Position numbers and translations under genes: made by a program. Under the pieces are notes generated by a model. It saw only the letters and a list, made by a program, of their open reading frames with translations. It ran no database searches and was not told the origin of the DNA. Shown piece by piece: positions 28,527 to 39,335 of a DNA stretch of 64,000 nt (its first letter is position 1; each line of letters starts with the position of its first letter). The DNA comes from Desulfobacterales bacterium (GTDB lineage: Bacteria; Desulfobacterota; Desulfobacteria; Desulfobacterales; UBA2174): NCBI GenBank assembly GCA_963668645.2, contig CAXXWC010000021.1, forward strand, positions 1,216,001 to 1,280,000, read 5' to 3'.

Positions 28527-29689
28527 GCTGGCAGACAGGCCTGGGGCTCGCCGAGCAGAAAACGTCCTTTAGTGATGCGCTCTTTGAGGGTTTCAGCGAT
28601 CTCACGGGCCTTGACGATGCTCGACATGGGTACGGTCTGGATTTCACGGCCCTGGAAACGGATCGACCCACTCTTAAGCTGGGCGTAGCTCACCTTGGCC
28701 AGACGCTTGGCCTCGCCAGTGGGATAATCGCCGCCGTAATCGATCACCTGGGTAAAAATCTCTTCGTCGCTTACCGCGGTAAAGGCCGCCATCTCCTCGT
28801 TGAGGATCGGAATCGGGATCCCCAGGCCCACCGCCAGGCTGCACCCGTATCCCTGAATGCTCACCCCTCGCAAAAAACGCGGGCTCATCTGCTTGAGATC
28901 GCCCATCACAAAGAGGGTCCCGGCCGGCTTCAGGGGCACACCGCGCTCCGTGCGGCGTACCTTGGGGTTGTGCTGGGTGCCCTGGAAAGTCACATACCCT
29001 TCACCCCCGCCCAGAAAGATGCGCGTACCGATCCCGATGGTGCGGTAATACGGGTCGTTGAACATGGGGCTAAGCTGGCCGGCCGAACAGTAGTTGGCGT
29101 TGCCGGCCCTCGGCTTGAGGGTCCCCATGTAGGTATAAATGGTCTTGTTGGAAAGGTTCACCGCGCAATTGTAATTCTGATAGCCGTTGCGCGGGTTGCA
29201 CAGCACCGCGTAGGGCAGATCGCGCAAGGTGACCTCTTTTTCCAGTTCGGTGCGCGGGTAGCAGTCCGTGCCGTAGGCTTCGGCCTTGAGAAAAACCTTC
29301 TTGCCCGAAACCAGATCTTCGATGACGTGCCCTCCCCCGTAGCGGAATTCTCCCGGATAGACCTTGTTCAAAGGGTCGTCGGCGCACGGCTCGGTGGCCC
29401 CGAGATAGCAGTCCACCGCCGCGATGCCGCCGTAGGCTGGCACCTTGTTGAGCCAAACGCTGGAGGCCTTGATTCCCGGCTTGCTGTGACCGAAGTTGAT
29501 GAAAGCCCCGGATGAGCACATGGGCGCGAAGGTGCCGGTAGTGACCACATCCACGCGCCTGGCGGCCTGCTCAGTGCCCTCTTCGCGCACGATCTCGATC
29601 ATCTCTTCGGCGGTGACCACCACCGCCTCGCCGCTGCGGATGCGCGCGTTGATCTCGGCGTAGGTCTTGTTGACGTTGAAGGTCTTCAT
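28523..29689 (-). CDS. DUF39-family homocysteine biosynthesis protein (aspartate-semialdehyde sulfurtransferase-like)
   Basis: KTYAEINARI, VDVVTTGTFAPMCSSG, RNGYQNY. Real start at 29689 or 29707, not 30682. Confidence 0.85.
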   Translation of the reverse strand: MKTFNVNKTYAEINARIRSGEAVVVTAEEMIEIVREEGTEQAARRVDVVTTGTFAPMCSSGAFINFGHSKPGIKASSVWLNKVPAYGGIAAVDCYLGATEPCADDPLNKVYPGEFRYGGGHVIEDLVSGKKVFLKAEAYGTDCYPRTELEKEVTLRDLPYAVLCNPRNGYQNYNCAVNLSNKTIYTYMGTLKPRAGNANYCSAGQLSPMFNDPYYRTIGIGTRIFLGGGEGYVTFQGTQHNPKVRRTERGVPLKPAGTLFVMGDLKQMSPRFLRGVSIQGYGCSLAVGLGIPIPILNEEMAAFTAVSDEEIFTQVIDYGGDYPTGEAKRLAKVSYAQLKSGSIRFQGREIQTVPMSSIVKAREIAETLKERITKGRFLLGEPQACLPA

Positions 29690-29703
29690 GGTCGGATTCC
29701 TGT

Positions 29704-31071
29704 TCATTTCCCCAAAGCCGCGATCTTGTCCGTCACGTTGTGGCGGATCCACTGGTCGTCCCACCATTCGATGGGGTTGACGAAGGTGTTGTGCACCAGC
29801 ATCGAAAAATGCAGATGATCGCCGCCGGCCAGCCCTGAGGTCCCTGTGAGCCCCAGGATATCGCCGCGGCCGACTATCTGTTCGGGGTGCACGTCGATGC
29901 GGCTCAGGTGGCTGTACATGGAAAAGAGCCCCAGTCCGTGGTCGACGAGCACCGTCATGCCATAAATTCCCAATTCGCCGCAGAAGACCACCCGGCCGTT
30001 GTTGGCGGCCGGCACAGGGCTGTTGGCCAGTGAGGCCAGGTCGATGCCCATATGCACCTGGCGATCGATCTCCTTTCCTTGATGACGGTATACGCGGTGA
30101 TCGGCGAACATGGCCCGGTTGGCGGCCCGCGGCAGCCGGATGAAGGTGCCGGTCCAGTGGCGCTCGTCGTCCGAGCGGCGCACCAGCTCCCCGATGCGCT
30201 CGGAGTTGGCCCGCCGCACCTCGCGGTTGATCTTGAGAAACTGGTCCAGCGGCGATTCGGGAAGGGGCGCGGGCACCAGGGCGGCCAATTCCGGCATCTT
30301 GGACGCCAGAAAGCCGTCGCTGATTTCCAGCCGATCCTGGCGCCAGCGGTGCGCACGCAGATGGTGCACCAGCCCCTTTTGGGCCATGTTGCCCGCTTCG
30401 TCTTCGGCGATCACCGCCAGGGAGGTACCCGGTCCCTGGTCGTAGCTCAAGGCCACAAAAGCGGCCAACACCTGGGCGTCCGGTGAAACCCCTGCCTGGC
30501 CCGGGTAGAAGGTTTCCCCCACCTGCACGCCGGAGCGCCGACAGGGTTCCGAAACCCGATAGAGGACCAGGCCGCTGCCCCCCTGGTTGATGTTGTGGGT
30601 CCTTGAAAGGACCGTAATCACCGGCGGGCGGGTATCGATGAGAAGCTTGCGTTCGAGAACGATCCGGTTCCCGCGGCCCCATCCACGCCAGGAATTATCA
30701 CGGACCTCGACCTGCATCAGCATCTCACCGTCTTTGATGCCGTGCTCGGCGGGCACCAGACGCAACTCGATGCGATCGCTGCGCTGGCCGCCGCCCAACC
30801 AGCCGCCCCCCGGATAGGCCTTGTCGGCCAGAACCACGGTCTTGCCCTGGCCGGTCAGCGACAGGCGCACCTCGCGCAACCCGCTGCCCGCATCCACCGC
30901 ATCCAGAGAAAAGGTGCATTCGCGCCCCACGGCCGCAATAGCCGGGTCTACGGTCACCACCGGGGCCGTCCCTTCAAGGCGCCCCGAGACAACCAGCCCC
31001 AAAACAGCCACCAGAAGCCCCAAAGCGGCCGCGAAACCGATCCATTTAATTTTTTTTGTCCCACTTTTCAA
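29704..31071 (-). CDS. M23-family metallopeptidase
   Basis: HMGID, YSHL, GDHLHF; N-terminal TM segment. Confidence 0.92.
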   Translation of the reverse strand: MKSGTKKIKWIGFAAALGLLVAVLGLVVSGRLEGTAPVVTVDPAIAAVGRECTFSLDAVDAGSGLREVRLSLTGQGKTVVLADKAYPGGGWLGGGQRSDRIELRLVPAEHGIKDGEMLMQVEVRDNSWRGWGRGNRIVLERKLLIDTRPPVITVLSRTHNINQGGSGLVLYRVSEPCRRSGVQVGETFYPGQAGVSPDAQVLAAFVALSYDQGPGTSLAVIAEDEAGNMAQKGLVHHLRAHRWRQDRLEISDGFLASKMPELAALVPAPLPESPLDQFLKINREVRRANSERIGELVRRSDDERHWTGTFIRLPRAANRAMFADHRVYRHQGKEIDRQVHMGIDLASLANSPVPAANNGRVVFCGELGIYGMTVLVDHGLGLFSMYSHLSRIDVHPEQIVGRGDILGLTGTSGLAGGDHLHFSMLVHNTFVNPIEWWDDQWIRHNVTDKIAALGK

Positions 31072-31188
31072 TGCATTACCCGCTTTCTACGATCCATTCC
31101 AAATAAGCTGCCACATTAACAAGGAGCGCCGGCCGAATCAAGGGCCTGCCTTGACTTTTGCTCCGCTGCGGGATATTGGTCTGGCCTT

Positions 31189-32058
31189 ATGAAAGGCATT
31201 GATTTTGCAAACACCCCGCCTCCGGCCGGGGTACAGATCGGATCCGTCACGGTTGGCGGCGGCGGTTTGACGTTGATCGCCGGCCCCTGCGTCATCGAAA
31301 GCCCGCAACTGGCGTTGCACGTGGCCCGCCAACTCAAGACCCTTTGCCAACGTCTGGCCCTGCCTTTGATTTTCAAGGCCTCCTACGACAAGGCCAACCG
31401 GAGTTCGGTGCGCTCTTTTCGCGGGCCCGGACTCATCGACGGGCTGTCTGTTCTGGCCCAAATCCGGCGGGAGGTCAACATTCCCGTTTTGTCCGACGTT
31501 CACAGCCCCGGCGAGGTCGAACGGGCTGCCGAGGTCCTGGATGTCCTCCAGATCCCGGCCTTTTTATGCCGCCAGACCGATCTGCTGCTGGCTGCGGCGG
31601 CCACCGGCCTACCCTTGAACATCAAAAAGGGCCAGTTCATGGCCCCCTGGGATATGCGCCAGGTGGTGGCCAAGGTCGCCTCGACCGGAAGCTCCCATCA
31701 GGTACTGCTCACCGAACGGGGCGCAAGCTTCGGTTACAACAACCTGGTGGTCGATTTTCGCGGCCTGGCCATCCTGCGCAGCCTGGGCTGCCCGGTGGTC
31801 TTCGACGCCACCCACAGTGTCCAACTGCCCGGTGCGGCAGGGGAAAGCTCCGGGGGCGAACGTGAATTCGCTCCCGTCCTGGCCAGCGCCGCCGTAGCGG
31901 CCGGTGCCGACGCCATCTTCATGGAGGTCCATCCAGATCCTGATCGGGCCCTCTGTGACGGGGCCAATTCCCTGCCCCTCGACCAGCTCGAACCCATCCT
32001 TGCCCGCCTCCAGCGGATCCACGCGGCGGCCCGGCAAGAACCCCCCTCGGCCTCATGA
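31189..32058 (+). CDS. kdsA: KDO-8-phosphate synthase
   Basis: GPCVIES, KANRSS, KKGQF, DATHSVQ. Confidence 0.98.
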   Translation: MKGIDFANTPPPAGVQIGSVTVGGGGLTLIAGPCVIESPQLALHVARQLKTLCQRLALPLIFKASYDKANRSSVRSFRGPGLIDGLSVLAQIRREVNIPVLSDVHSPGEVERAAEVLDVLQIPAFLCRQTDLLLAAAATGLPLNIKKGQFMAPWDMRQVVAKVASTGSSHQVLLTERGASFGYNNLVVDFRGLAILRSLGCPVVFDATHSVQLPGAAGESSGGEREFAPVLASAAVAAGADAIFMEVHPDPDRALCDGANSLPLDQLEPILARLQRIHAAARQEPPSAS

Positions 32059-32597
32059 TCGCCCCGTCATCGTTCATCGACGCGCGCCTGGAGCGCATCC
32101 GGCTGCTGCTTCTGGACGTGGACGGCGTACTGACCGACGGCCGGCTCTACTATGGTCCGGAGGGCGAAATCTTCAAGGCGTTTTACTCCCGTGACGGACT
32201 GGGCCTGCGCCTGGTGATGGAAGCCGGCCTGGCGGTGGGCATCGTCACCGGCCGCCGCGGCCCAAGCCTGGCATCCCGCTGCCACGACCTGGGGATCTCG
32301 TTGATCCTGGACGGGGTACGGGACAAGGCGGCGGCTTTACAGACCATCAGGGCCCGCACCGGTCTGGAACCCGGACAGATGGCCTTCGTGGGAGACGATC
32401 TGGTCGACCTGCCCCTGATGCGCCTGGTGGGGCTGGCCGTGGCGGTGGCCGATGCGGCCGCCGAGGTGCGGGCCGCAGCCCATTTTGTCACCGAGGCCCC
32501 GGGGGGACGGGGGGCGGTACGGGAGGTCTGCCAGCGTCTGCTCACCGTCCAGGGAAGATGGTCGGAGGTCCTGGCCCGGTTCGGCATCTCGCCATGA
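32055..32597 (+). CDS. kdsC: KDO-8-phosphate phosphatase
   Basis: LDVDGVLTDG, GDDLVD, GGRGAVRE. Confidence 0.95.
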   Translation: MIAPSSFIDARLERIRLLLLDVDGVLTDGRLYYGPEGEIFKAFYSRDGLGLRLVMEAGLAVGIVTGRRGPSLASRCHDLGISLILDGVRDKAAALQTIRARTGLEPGQMAFVGDDLVDLPLMRLVGLAVAVADAAAEVRAAAHFVTEAPGGRGAVREVCQRLLTVQGRWSEVLARFGISP

Positions 32598-33169
32598 ATA
32601 CGGTGCGGCGCACGCGGCTGCTGCGCCGTCTTTTGGTGGCGCTGATCGCCTTGGCCTGTCTGGGAATCGCCGGCGCCTATCTCGGCTATCGGCACTGGCG
32701 CGCCAAACCCGAGGCCCTGATATCCTCCGCCGGGCAAGCCGCCTTGAGCATGCAGCACGTGCGCCATACCGCCACGCGCGACGGGCGCACCGAATGGGTT
32801 CTGGAAGCGCGCCAGGCGAGTCTCGACAGTCAATCGCAGATTTTGCGGCTCGAAGCGCCGCGCCTCGAATTCTTTCCGCGCCAGGGTGAACCGGTCCACC
32901 TGGAGGCGGAACACGGACAGCTTTTTACCGCGTCAAATGACATTGAAGTGCAGGATCGGGTTGTGCTAAAAAGCGCGCATTACCGGCTCGATACTCAGAA
33001 AATGCACTACGATCACGGCCGTGGACAGATGACCATCGCCACGCCGGTTGAAATCCGACGCGGCGAGGATCGCATCCGCGCCGACACGATGACGGTGGAT
33101 CTTCGCAAACGCAGGGCAGAGATGGCCGGAGCGGTGAAAGGAACTTTCAGTGGCGTCAAAATCTGGTAA
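32594..33169 (+). CDS. lptC: LPS export protein LptC
   Basis: N-terminal TM plus beta-rich domain; conserved kdsC-lptCAB position. Confidence 0.85.
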   Translation: MNTVRRTRLLRRLLVALIALACLGIAGAYLGYRHWRAKPEALISSAGQAALSMQHVRHTATRDGRTEWVLEARQASLDSQSQILRLEAPRLEFFPRQGEPVHLEAEHGQLFTASNDIEVQDRVVLKSAHYRLDTQKMHYDHGRGQMTIATPVEIRRGEDRIRADTMTVDLRKRRAEMAGAVKGTFSGVKIW

Positions 33170-33692
33170 GCGGCGGCATGCAGCCAGGTGGTGGCTTATC
33201 GGCGCCTGGATCTGCCTTGCGGCCGCAGCGGCATGGGCAGCCGGGCCGGAGTCCGACCAGCACGTCCATATTACCGCCGACCGGCTGCTGGCCGACATGG
33301 ACGGCCGTACGGCCGAGTTTATCGGCAACGTACGCGCCGTACAGGGCACTACGGTGATCACTGCAGCACGACTGAAGGTATTTTACATTCCCGGCAGCGC
33401 TGCTGCCGGGAGCGAGGCGGCCGGACAGGAAGCCATCGAACGCATCGAGGCCAGCGGCGAGGTCAATATCCAGATGGAGGATCGAAACGCCCAGGCCGAC
33501 GATGCCGTCTACACCGCAGCCGACGGCATCCTGGTGCTGACCGGAAAACAAGCCCGCCTCACCAGCGGCGCCAACACGGTGGTGGGCGGCCGCATCACGC
33601 TGGACCGCAACACGAATCGCATCACGGTGGAAAAGGCTTCCGATGGGCGTGTAGAGGCGGTATTTAAAAGCGATGACAAGGTCTTACAGTAA
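33150..33692 (+). CDS. lptA: LPS transport periplasmic protein LptA
   Basis: Signal peptide and ITADRL...FIGNVRAVQG (OstA-like). Confidence 0.88.
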   Translation: MASKSGKRRHAARWWLIGAWICLAAAAAWAAGPESDQHVHITADRLLADMDGRTAEFIGNVRAVQGTTVITAARLKVFYIPGSAAAGSEAAGQEAIERIEASGEVNIQMEDRNAQADDAVYTAADGILVLTGKQARLTSGANTVVGGRITLDRNTNRITVEKASDGRVEAVFKSDDKVLQ

Positions 33693-33707
33693 AATGGAGG
33701 CCGGTTC

Positions 33708-34430
33708 ATGACCACCCTCCGCCTGGAGCATCTGGTCAAGGTCTATGCCGGCCGCCAGGTGGTCAAGGGTGTCGACATGAGCGTGGCCAGCGGGCAGGTG
33801 GTCGGCCTGCTGGGGCCCAACGGCGCCGGCAAGACCACTACCTTTTATATGACAGTGGGAATGATCCGTGCAGATGCGGGCCGGGTGATGCTCGACGACG
33901 AGGATCTGACCGACGCTCCCATGCACCAGCGGGCCCGCCGGGGACTGGGCTACCTGCCCCAGGAAACCAGCGTCTTTCGCAAGCTGACCGTGGAACAGAA
34001 CGTATCGGCGGTCCTCGAACTGCGGGGGATCAAACGTGCCGAACGCCGCCAGCGCACCGCCCGGCTCCTCGAAGAGCTGGGAATCGACCGGTTGGCCAAG
34101 CGCCGGGCCGCAGGCCTTTCGGGCGGCGAGCGCAGGCGTCTGGAGATTTCCCGGGCCCTGGCCACCGATCCGGCTTTCATCCTTCTGGACGAACCGTTTG
34201 CCGGCATCGACCCGCTGGCGGTCCTTGACATCAAGCAGATCATCGGCCATTTGCGCCGGAGGGGAATCGGAGTGCTGATCTCAGACCACAACGTGCGCGA
34301 AACCCTCGGGGCGTGCGACCAGGCGTATATTCTCAGCGAAGGCACGGTAATCGAATCCGGACCGCCGGCGAACATCGCCGCCAGCGAAATCGCCCGGCGC
34401 ATCTACCTCGGTGAAGAGTTCAGGTTGTAA
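33708..34430 (+). CDS. lptB: LPS export ABC ATPase LptB
   Basis: GPNGAGKTT, LSGGERRRLEI, DEPFAGIDP. Confidence 0.97.
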   Translation: MTTLRLEHLVKVYAGRQVVKGVDMSVASGQVVGLLGPNGAGKTTTFYMTVGMIRADAGRVMLDDEDLTDAPMHQRARRGLGYLPQETSVFRKLTVEQNVSAVLELRGIKRAERRQRTARLLEELGIDRLAKRRAAGLSGGERRRLEISRALATDPAFILLDEPFAGIDPLAVLDIKQIIGHLRRRGIGVLISDHNVRETLGACDQAYILSEGTVIESGPPANIAASEIARRIYLGEEFRL

Positions 34431-34432
34431 CC

Positions 34433-35866
34433 ATGGCACTCGAACTGCGACAACAGCTCAAACTGTCCCAGCAGCTGATCATGACCCCGCAGTTGCAGAT
34501 GGCCATCAAGCTCCTGCAACTGTCAAGGCTCGAACTGCTGGATACCATCCACCAGGAACTGGAAGAGAACCCGGCTCTGGAGGAGGTCCCTGAAACCTTC
34601 ACCGAAGAGACGGACACCGGCTCCGAGGAACCGATTCCGGTCGAAGCGCCGCCCATGCAAGAGGTGACGATCAAGGAGCGGCTCAACGAGGACATCGACT
34701 GGAGCAACTACATCGACGAGTACAGCGCACCGGGCCGCATCAACTTCGAGTCTGAACAGCGCGAGGGCCCCGGCTTCGAGCCCTTTATGGCCCGGCCCGA
34801 CTCGCTGCAGGATCATCTGCTCTGGCAGCTGCTGATGACCTCCCCGGACGAAAAGACCGAACGCATCGGCAGTCTGATCGCCGGCAATCTCAAAGCCGAT
34901 GGATACCTGGACATCGGCGTGGAAGAACTGGCCGCGCTGGCCGGCTGCGAGCCGGAGGAGTCGGAAAAGGTCCTCGCCCTGATGCAAACCTTCGATCCGG
35001 TAGGGGTCTGCGCCCGGAACCTGACCGAATGCCTGCTGATCCAGGCCCGCCATCTGGACCTGTCCGAAACCCTGGTGACCGAAATCATCCAGCACCATCT
35101 GAACCATCTGGAAAACAAAAATTACAAAGCCATCTGCAAGGCCCTCAAGGTCAGCATGGAGGATGTAGCCCGGGCCGTGAATATCATCCGCGGCCTGGAG
35201 CCGCGCCCCGGACGCCAGTTCGCCGACGATACGGCCCAGTACATCACCCCGGACATCTACGTGCACAAGATCGGCGATGAGTACGTGATCCTGCTCAACG
35301 ACGACGGTCTGCCCAAGCTGCGGGTCAACAGCTTTTACCGCAACGCCATCCGGCGCGGCCAGCAGATCCCCGACAGCGCCAAGGACTACGTCCAGGACAA
35401 GATGCGCTCGGCCGCCTGGCTGATACGCAGCATTCACCAACGCCAAAAGACCATCTACCGTGTGATGGAAAGCATCCTGCGCTTCCAGCGCGACTTTTTC
35501 GACAAGGGCATCGCCCACCTCAAACCGATGGTGCTGCGGGACGTGGCCGAGGACATCGGCATGCACGAATCGACCATCAGCCGGGTGACCACCAACAAGT
35601 ACGCCCATACCCCCCGGGGCATCTTCGAGTTGAAATACTTTTTCAACAGCTCCATCCGTCGGGTGCACGGGGAAGCCATCGCCTCGGCCAGTGTTCAGGA
35701 AAAGATCCGGCGCATCATCGACAACGAGGATCCACACCATCCTTACAGCGACGACCGCATCGCCCAGATTCTCAAGACCCAGAATATCGACATCGCCCGT
35801 CGTACGGTGGCTAAGTACCGGGAAATCCTCAAAGTGCTGCCCAGCAGCAAACGAAAACAGATATAG
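34433..35866 (+). CDS. rpoN: RNA polymerase sigma-54 factor
   Basis: MTPQLQMAIKLLQL, HESTISR, RpoN box ARRTVAKYRE. Confidence 0.99.
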   Translation: MALELRQQLKLSQQLIMTPQLQMAIKLLQLSRLELLDTIHQELEENPALEEVPETFTEETDTGSEEPIPVEAPPMQEVTIKERLNEDIDWSNYIDEYSAPGRINFESEQREGPGFEPFMARPDSLQDHLLWQLLMTSPDEKTERIGSLIAGNLKADGYLDIGVEELAALAGCEPEESEKVLALMQTFDPVGVCARNLTECLLIQARHLDLSETLVTEIIQHHLNHLENKNYKAICKALKVSMEDVARAVNIIRGLEPRPGRQFADDTAQYITPDIYVHKIGDEYVILLNDDGLPKLRVNSFYRNAIRRGQQIPDSAKDYVQDKMRSAAWLIRSIHQRQKTIYRVMESILRFQRDFFDKGIAHLKPMVLRDVAEDIGMHESTISRVTTNKYAHTPRGIFELKYFFNSSIRRVHGEAIASASVQEKIRRIIDNEDPHHPYSDDRIAQILKTQNIDIARRTVAKYREILKVLPSSKRKQI

Positions 35867-35879
35867 CAGGAGGTCCGGG

Positions 35880-36404
35880 ATGCAGACGAGTGTGACGTTC
35901 AAGAACCTCGACCCGTCCGAACACCTCAAGGCCTATGTCCAGGACAAGCTCAAGCGCCTGGACAAGTATTTTCACAACCCGGCCACGGCCGGGGTGGTAC
36001 TGACGGTGGAAAAGCACCGCCATATCGCCGAAGTCAATATCCAGGCCGACCGGTTGAACATCAACGGCCGGGAAGAGACCACGGACATGTACTCGGCCAT
36101 CGACATGGCCCTGGACAAGATCGAAGCCCAGGTCAAGAAAGGCAAACAGAAAGAACGCGAACGGCGGGGAGAAAGCCCCAAGGCAATGATGGCCGAAGCG
36201 GCCATGGCCACCGAGAGCGACGGCCCGGCGCGGGTCGAGGTGATTCCCATCGACTACAAACCCATGGACGTGGAAGAGGCCGTGATGCAGCTCGATCTGA
36301 GCGACGAGAGTTTTCTGGTCTTCACCAACGCTCGGACCGATCGCGTCAACGTCCTTTACCGGCGCAACAACGGCGCTTACGGCCTGATTCAACCCAACGC
36401 CTGA
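35880..36404 (+). CDS. hpf: Ribosome hibernation promoting factor (long HPF)
   Basis: DMYSAID, KPMDVEEAVMQL, VLYRR; ATG at 35880 after AGGAGG. Confidence 0.93.
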   Translation: MQTSVTFKNLDPSEHLKAYVQDKLKRLDKYFHNPATAGVVLTVEKHRHIAEVNIQADRLNINGREETTDMYSAIDMALDKIEAQVKKGKQKERERRGESPKAMMAEAAMATESDGPARVEVIPIDYKPMDVEEAVMQLDLSDESFLVFTNARTDRVNVLYRRNNGAYGLIQPNA

Positions 36405-36516
36405 TTCCGAAGCGGGTTCGGAATCAGTGGGGGCGCCGCGAGGCGCAGCAGGCCTTGCTCGGGGCAGGCCGTTTCGCGCGCTGCGCGGCAGGACGGCGCC
36501 CCTGTGGAAAGATGAC

Positions 36517-36975
36517 ATGAAGATTCTGGATGTACTGACCAAAGACGCCATCGTGCCCAACCTGACGGCGCGCGATAAAAAGGGCGTCCTCGAACAGCTC
36601 GTACAGCCGGTGGCGGCGCGTGCCGGCACTTCGGTCAAGGACTTGGTGCGGGTTTTGCTGGAGCGTGAACGGCTCGGCTCCACGGGAATCGGGGGCGGCA
36701 TCGGCATCCCCCACGGCAAACTCAAGGCGCTGGACACTTTGCTGCTCGGCGTCGGGTTGAGCCGCCATGGCGTCGACTTCGACTCGCTGGACGGGCGCCC
36801 CACCCATATCTTTTTTCTGCTGATTACCCCGGAAAATTCCACCGGGCTGCACCTCAAACTGCTGGCACGCATCTCACGCATCCTCAAAAACGAAACGTTC
36901 AAAGAAAAACTTATGACCGCCGAGGATGCCGAAGCCGTGTGGTCGGCCATCGCCGCCCAGGACGAGGATTTTTAG
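36517..36975 (+). CDS. ptsN: PTS IIA(Ntr)-like protein
   Basis: RERLGSTGIGGGIGIPHGK; HLKLLARISR. Confidence 0.9.
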   Translation: MKILDVLTKDAIVPNLTARDKKGVLEQLVQPVAARAGTSVKDLVRVLLERERLGSTGIGGGIGIPHGKLKALDTLLLGVGLSRHGVDFDSLDGRPTHIFFLLITPENSTGLHLKLLARISRILKNETFKEKLMTAEDAEAVWSAIAAQDEDF

Positions 36976-36982
36976 GTTTCCG

Positions 36983-37858
36983 GTGAAAAACGCCCGTATC
37001 ATCGTCATCACCGGCCTGTCCGGGTCGGGCAAAAGCACCGCCATGGCAGCCCTCGAGGATGCCGGTCGTTTTTGCGTGGACAACCTGCCCGTGGCCCTGC
37101 TGCCCCGCCTGCTGGAACTGCCGATGGACAGCGAAACGGCGGCCACCGCAGGGCTCGCCTTTGCCATGGATCTGCGCGAAAAAGGGTTTGTGGACCAATA
37201 CCCGGCGGTGTTCGACACTTTGCGCCAGCGGGGCATCGTACCGGAAATCATCTTCCTGGAGGCCGACGAGGAGATCCTGGTGCAGCGCTACCAGGCCACT
37301 CGGCGCCAGCACCCGTTGGCCCAGAACCAGTCCCTGCGCCAGGCCATTTGCAACGAGGCGCACCTGCTGGCCCCTTTGCGGGCAGCGGCCCACCGGGTCA
37401 TCGACACCTCCCGGCTCAATGCCCACCAGCTCAAGGCAACGATGTTCGAGATCGCCCGGCGCGGCGCCGCGCCCGGAATGCTGCAGATTCAGGTCCTTTC
37501 CTTCGGCTTCAAGCACGGTCTGCCCCGGGAGGCCGACCTGGTGGCGGATGTCCGGTTTTTGACCAATCCTTTTTACGACGGGAACCTGCGCCACCTGGAC
37601 GGAGAGAGCGAGGCCATCCGGCACTTCGTCATGGGCGACCCGGAGGCCGGTCCTTTCCTGGAACGTTACGGCGACCTGCTTGACTATTTGATCCCGTTGT
37701 ATGAAAAGGGGGGAAAATCGTACCTGACCATCGCCGTTGGCTGCACTGGCGGGCGGCATCGCTCCGTGGTGATGGCTCGGGCCATCTTTCAACACCTCCA
37801 GGAGCTCGGCCGCCCCGTGCACCTGGCCCATCGGGACATCGGTCTGGCCGGTGACTGA
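36983..37858 (+). CDS. rapZ: RNase adapter RapZ
   Basis: GLSGSGKS, DNLP, GCTGGRHRSV. Confidence 0.95.
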   Translation: MKNARIIVITGLSGSGKSTAMAALEDAGRFCVDNLPVALLPRLLELPMDSETAATAGLAFAMDLREKGFVDQYPAVFDTLRQRGIVPEIIFLEADEEILVQRYQATRRQHPLAQNQSLRQAICNEAHLLAPLRAAAHRVIDTSRLNAHQLKATMFEIARRGAAPGMLQIQVLSFGFKHGLPREADLVADVRFLTNPFYDGNLRHLDGESEAIRHFVMGDPEAGPFLERYGDLLDYLIPLYEKGGKSYLTIAVGCTGGRHRSVVMARAIFQHLQELGRPVHLAHRDIGLAGD

Positions 37859-37875
37859 CCAAGGAAGTCGACATC

Positions 37876-38292
37876 ATGATCGGAATTTTGATCGTCACCC
37901 ACAGCAGTCTGGGCGACGCACTGATCGAGGCCGCGGCCCTGATCATCGGCCGCCGTCCTGAAGCCACGGCGGCCGTCTCTATCGATCTGACGCACAACGT
38001 GGACCGGATGCGCCAGAAGATCGCCGACGGGCTGCGCAACGTGCGCGCCAGTAAAGGAGCCCTGATTTTAACCGACATGTTCGGCGGCACCCCTTCGAAC
38101 CTGAGCTACTCGTTTCTCGAAGAAGGCCGGGTGGAGGTCATCTCTGGGGTCAATCTGCCCATCGTTATCAAGGCCTTGAACACGCGGGGCAAAAAAACCC
38201 TGCCCGAACTGGCCGTGGAGTTGGAAGCCTACGGCAAAAAGAGCATCTCCCTGGCCAGCGGGATTTTAAAAGGCAACAAACGCAGCGTTTGA
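37876..38292 (+). CDS. PTS mannose-type IIA component
   Basis: IGILIVTH, TDMFGGTPSN, GVNLP. Confidence 0.92.
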   Translation: MIGILIVTHSSLGDALIEAAALIIGRRPEATAAVSIDLTHNVDRMRQKIADGLRNVRASKGALILTDMFGGTPSNLSYSFLEEGRVEVISGVNLPIVIKALNTRGKKTLPELAVELEAYGKKSISLASGILKGNKRSV

Positions 38293-38318
38293 ATTAAGAA
38301 GATAAGAGGAGAAGAACC

Positions 38319-39323
38319 ATGACAACCAAAATCGGAATCAACGGATTCGGACGAATCGGCCGTCTGGTATTGCGAGCCGCACTTAAAAATCCCAAGGTCG
38401 AGGTGATCGGCATCAACGATCTGACCGATGCGGCCACCATGGCGCATCTTCTCCAGTACGACTCGGTCCACGGCCGGCTGGAGGCCCAGGTCAGCGCCCG
38501 GGAGGACGCCATTGAGATCGATGGCCGGCCGGTAGCCATCACCAGCGTGCGTGATCCGGAGCGGCTCGCCTGGGGCGACCAGGGGGTGGACCTGGTGGCC
38601 GAATGCACCGGGATTTTCCGCGACCGCGAGGGAGCGGGCAAACACCTGGCCGCCGGTGCGCGCAAGGTGATCATCAGCGCGCCGGCCAACAACCCGGACA
38701 TCACCATCGTCATGGGGGTCAACCACCGCCAGTACGACCCACGCCAGCACCATATCGTCTCCAACGCCTCGTGCACCACCAACTGCCTGGCCCCGGTGGC
38801 CAAGGTGCTGATGGAAAACTTCGGCATCCGCACCGGCCTGATGACCACCATCCACTCGTACACCGGAGACCAGCGCCTGCTCGATTTTCCTCACAAGGAT
38901 CTGCGCCGGGCGCGGGCCGCGGCCCTTTCCATGATCCCGACCACCACCGGTGCGGCCCGGGCCGTGGCCCTGGTCCTGCCCGAACTCAAGGGCAAGCTCA
39001 ACGGACTGGCCATACGGGTGCCGACCCCCAACGTCTCGATAGTGGACCTGGTGGCCACCGTGGAAAAATCCGGGGTCACCGTCTCGGACGTCAACGATGC
39101 ATTGCGCATCGCCAGCGAAACCACCCTCAAAGGAATTCTGGGCTACAGCGAACTGCCCCTGGTCAGTTCGGATTTCAACGGCTGCACCCTGTCGAGCATC
39201 GTCGACGCACCCAATACCTACGTGGTGGACGACATGGTCAAAATCCTTTCCTGGTACGACAACGAAGCGGGCTATGCCACCCGCATGGTCGACTTGGCGG
39301 CGTTGATCGGCGAACAACTTTAA
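38319..39323 (+). CDS. gap: Glyceraldehyde-3-phosphate dehydrogenase
   Basis: INGFGRIGR, SNASCTTNCL, WYDNE. Confidence 0.99.
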   Translation: MTTKIGINGFGRIGRLVLRAALKNPKVEVIGINDLTDAATMAHLLQYDSVHGRLEAQVSAREDAIEIDGRPVAITSVRDPERLAWGDQGVDLVAECTGIFRDREGAGKHLAAGARKVIISAPANNPDITIVMGVNHRQYDPRQHHIVSNASCTTNCLAPVAKVLMENFGIRTGLMTTIHSYTGDQRLLDFPHKDLRRARAAALSMIPTTTGAARAVALVLPELKGKLNGLAIRVPTPNVSIVDLVATVEKSGVTVSDVNDALRIASETTLKGILGYSELPLVSSDFNGCTLSSIVDAPNTYVVDDMVKILSWYDNEAGYATRMVDLAALIGEQL

Positions 39324-39335
39324 GGAGACTCTCCC

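Noticed and set aside
28523..30682. 719-aa ORF
   Set aside because: The 5' part is an off-frame shadow of the M23 peptidase gene; the recognisable protein starts at about 29689-29707.
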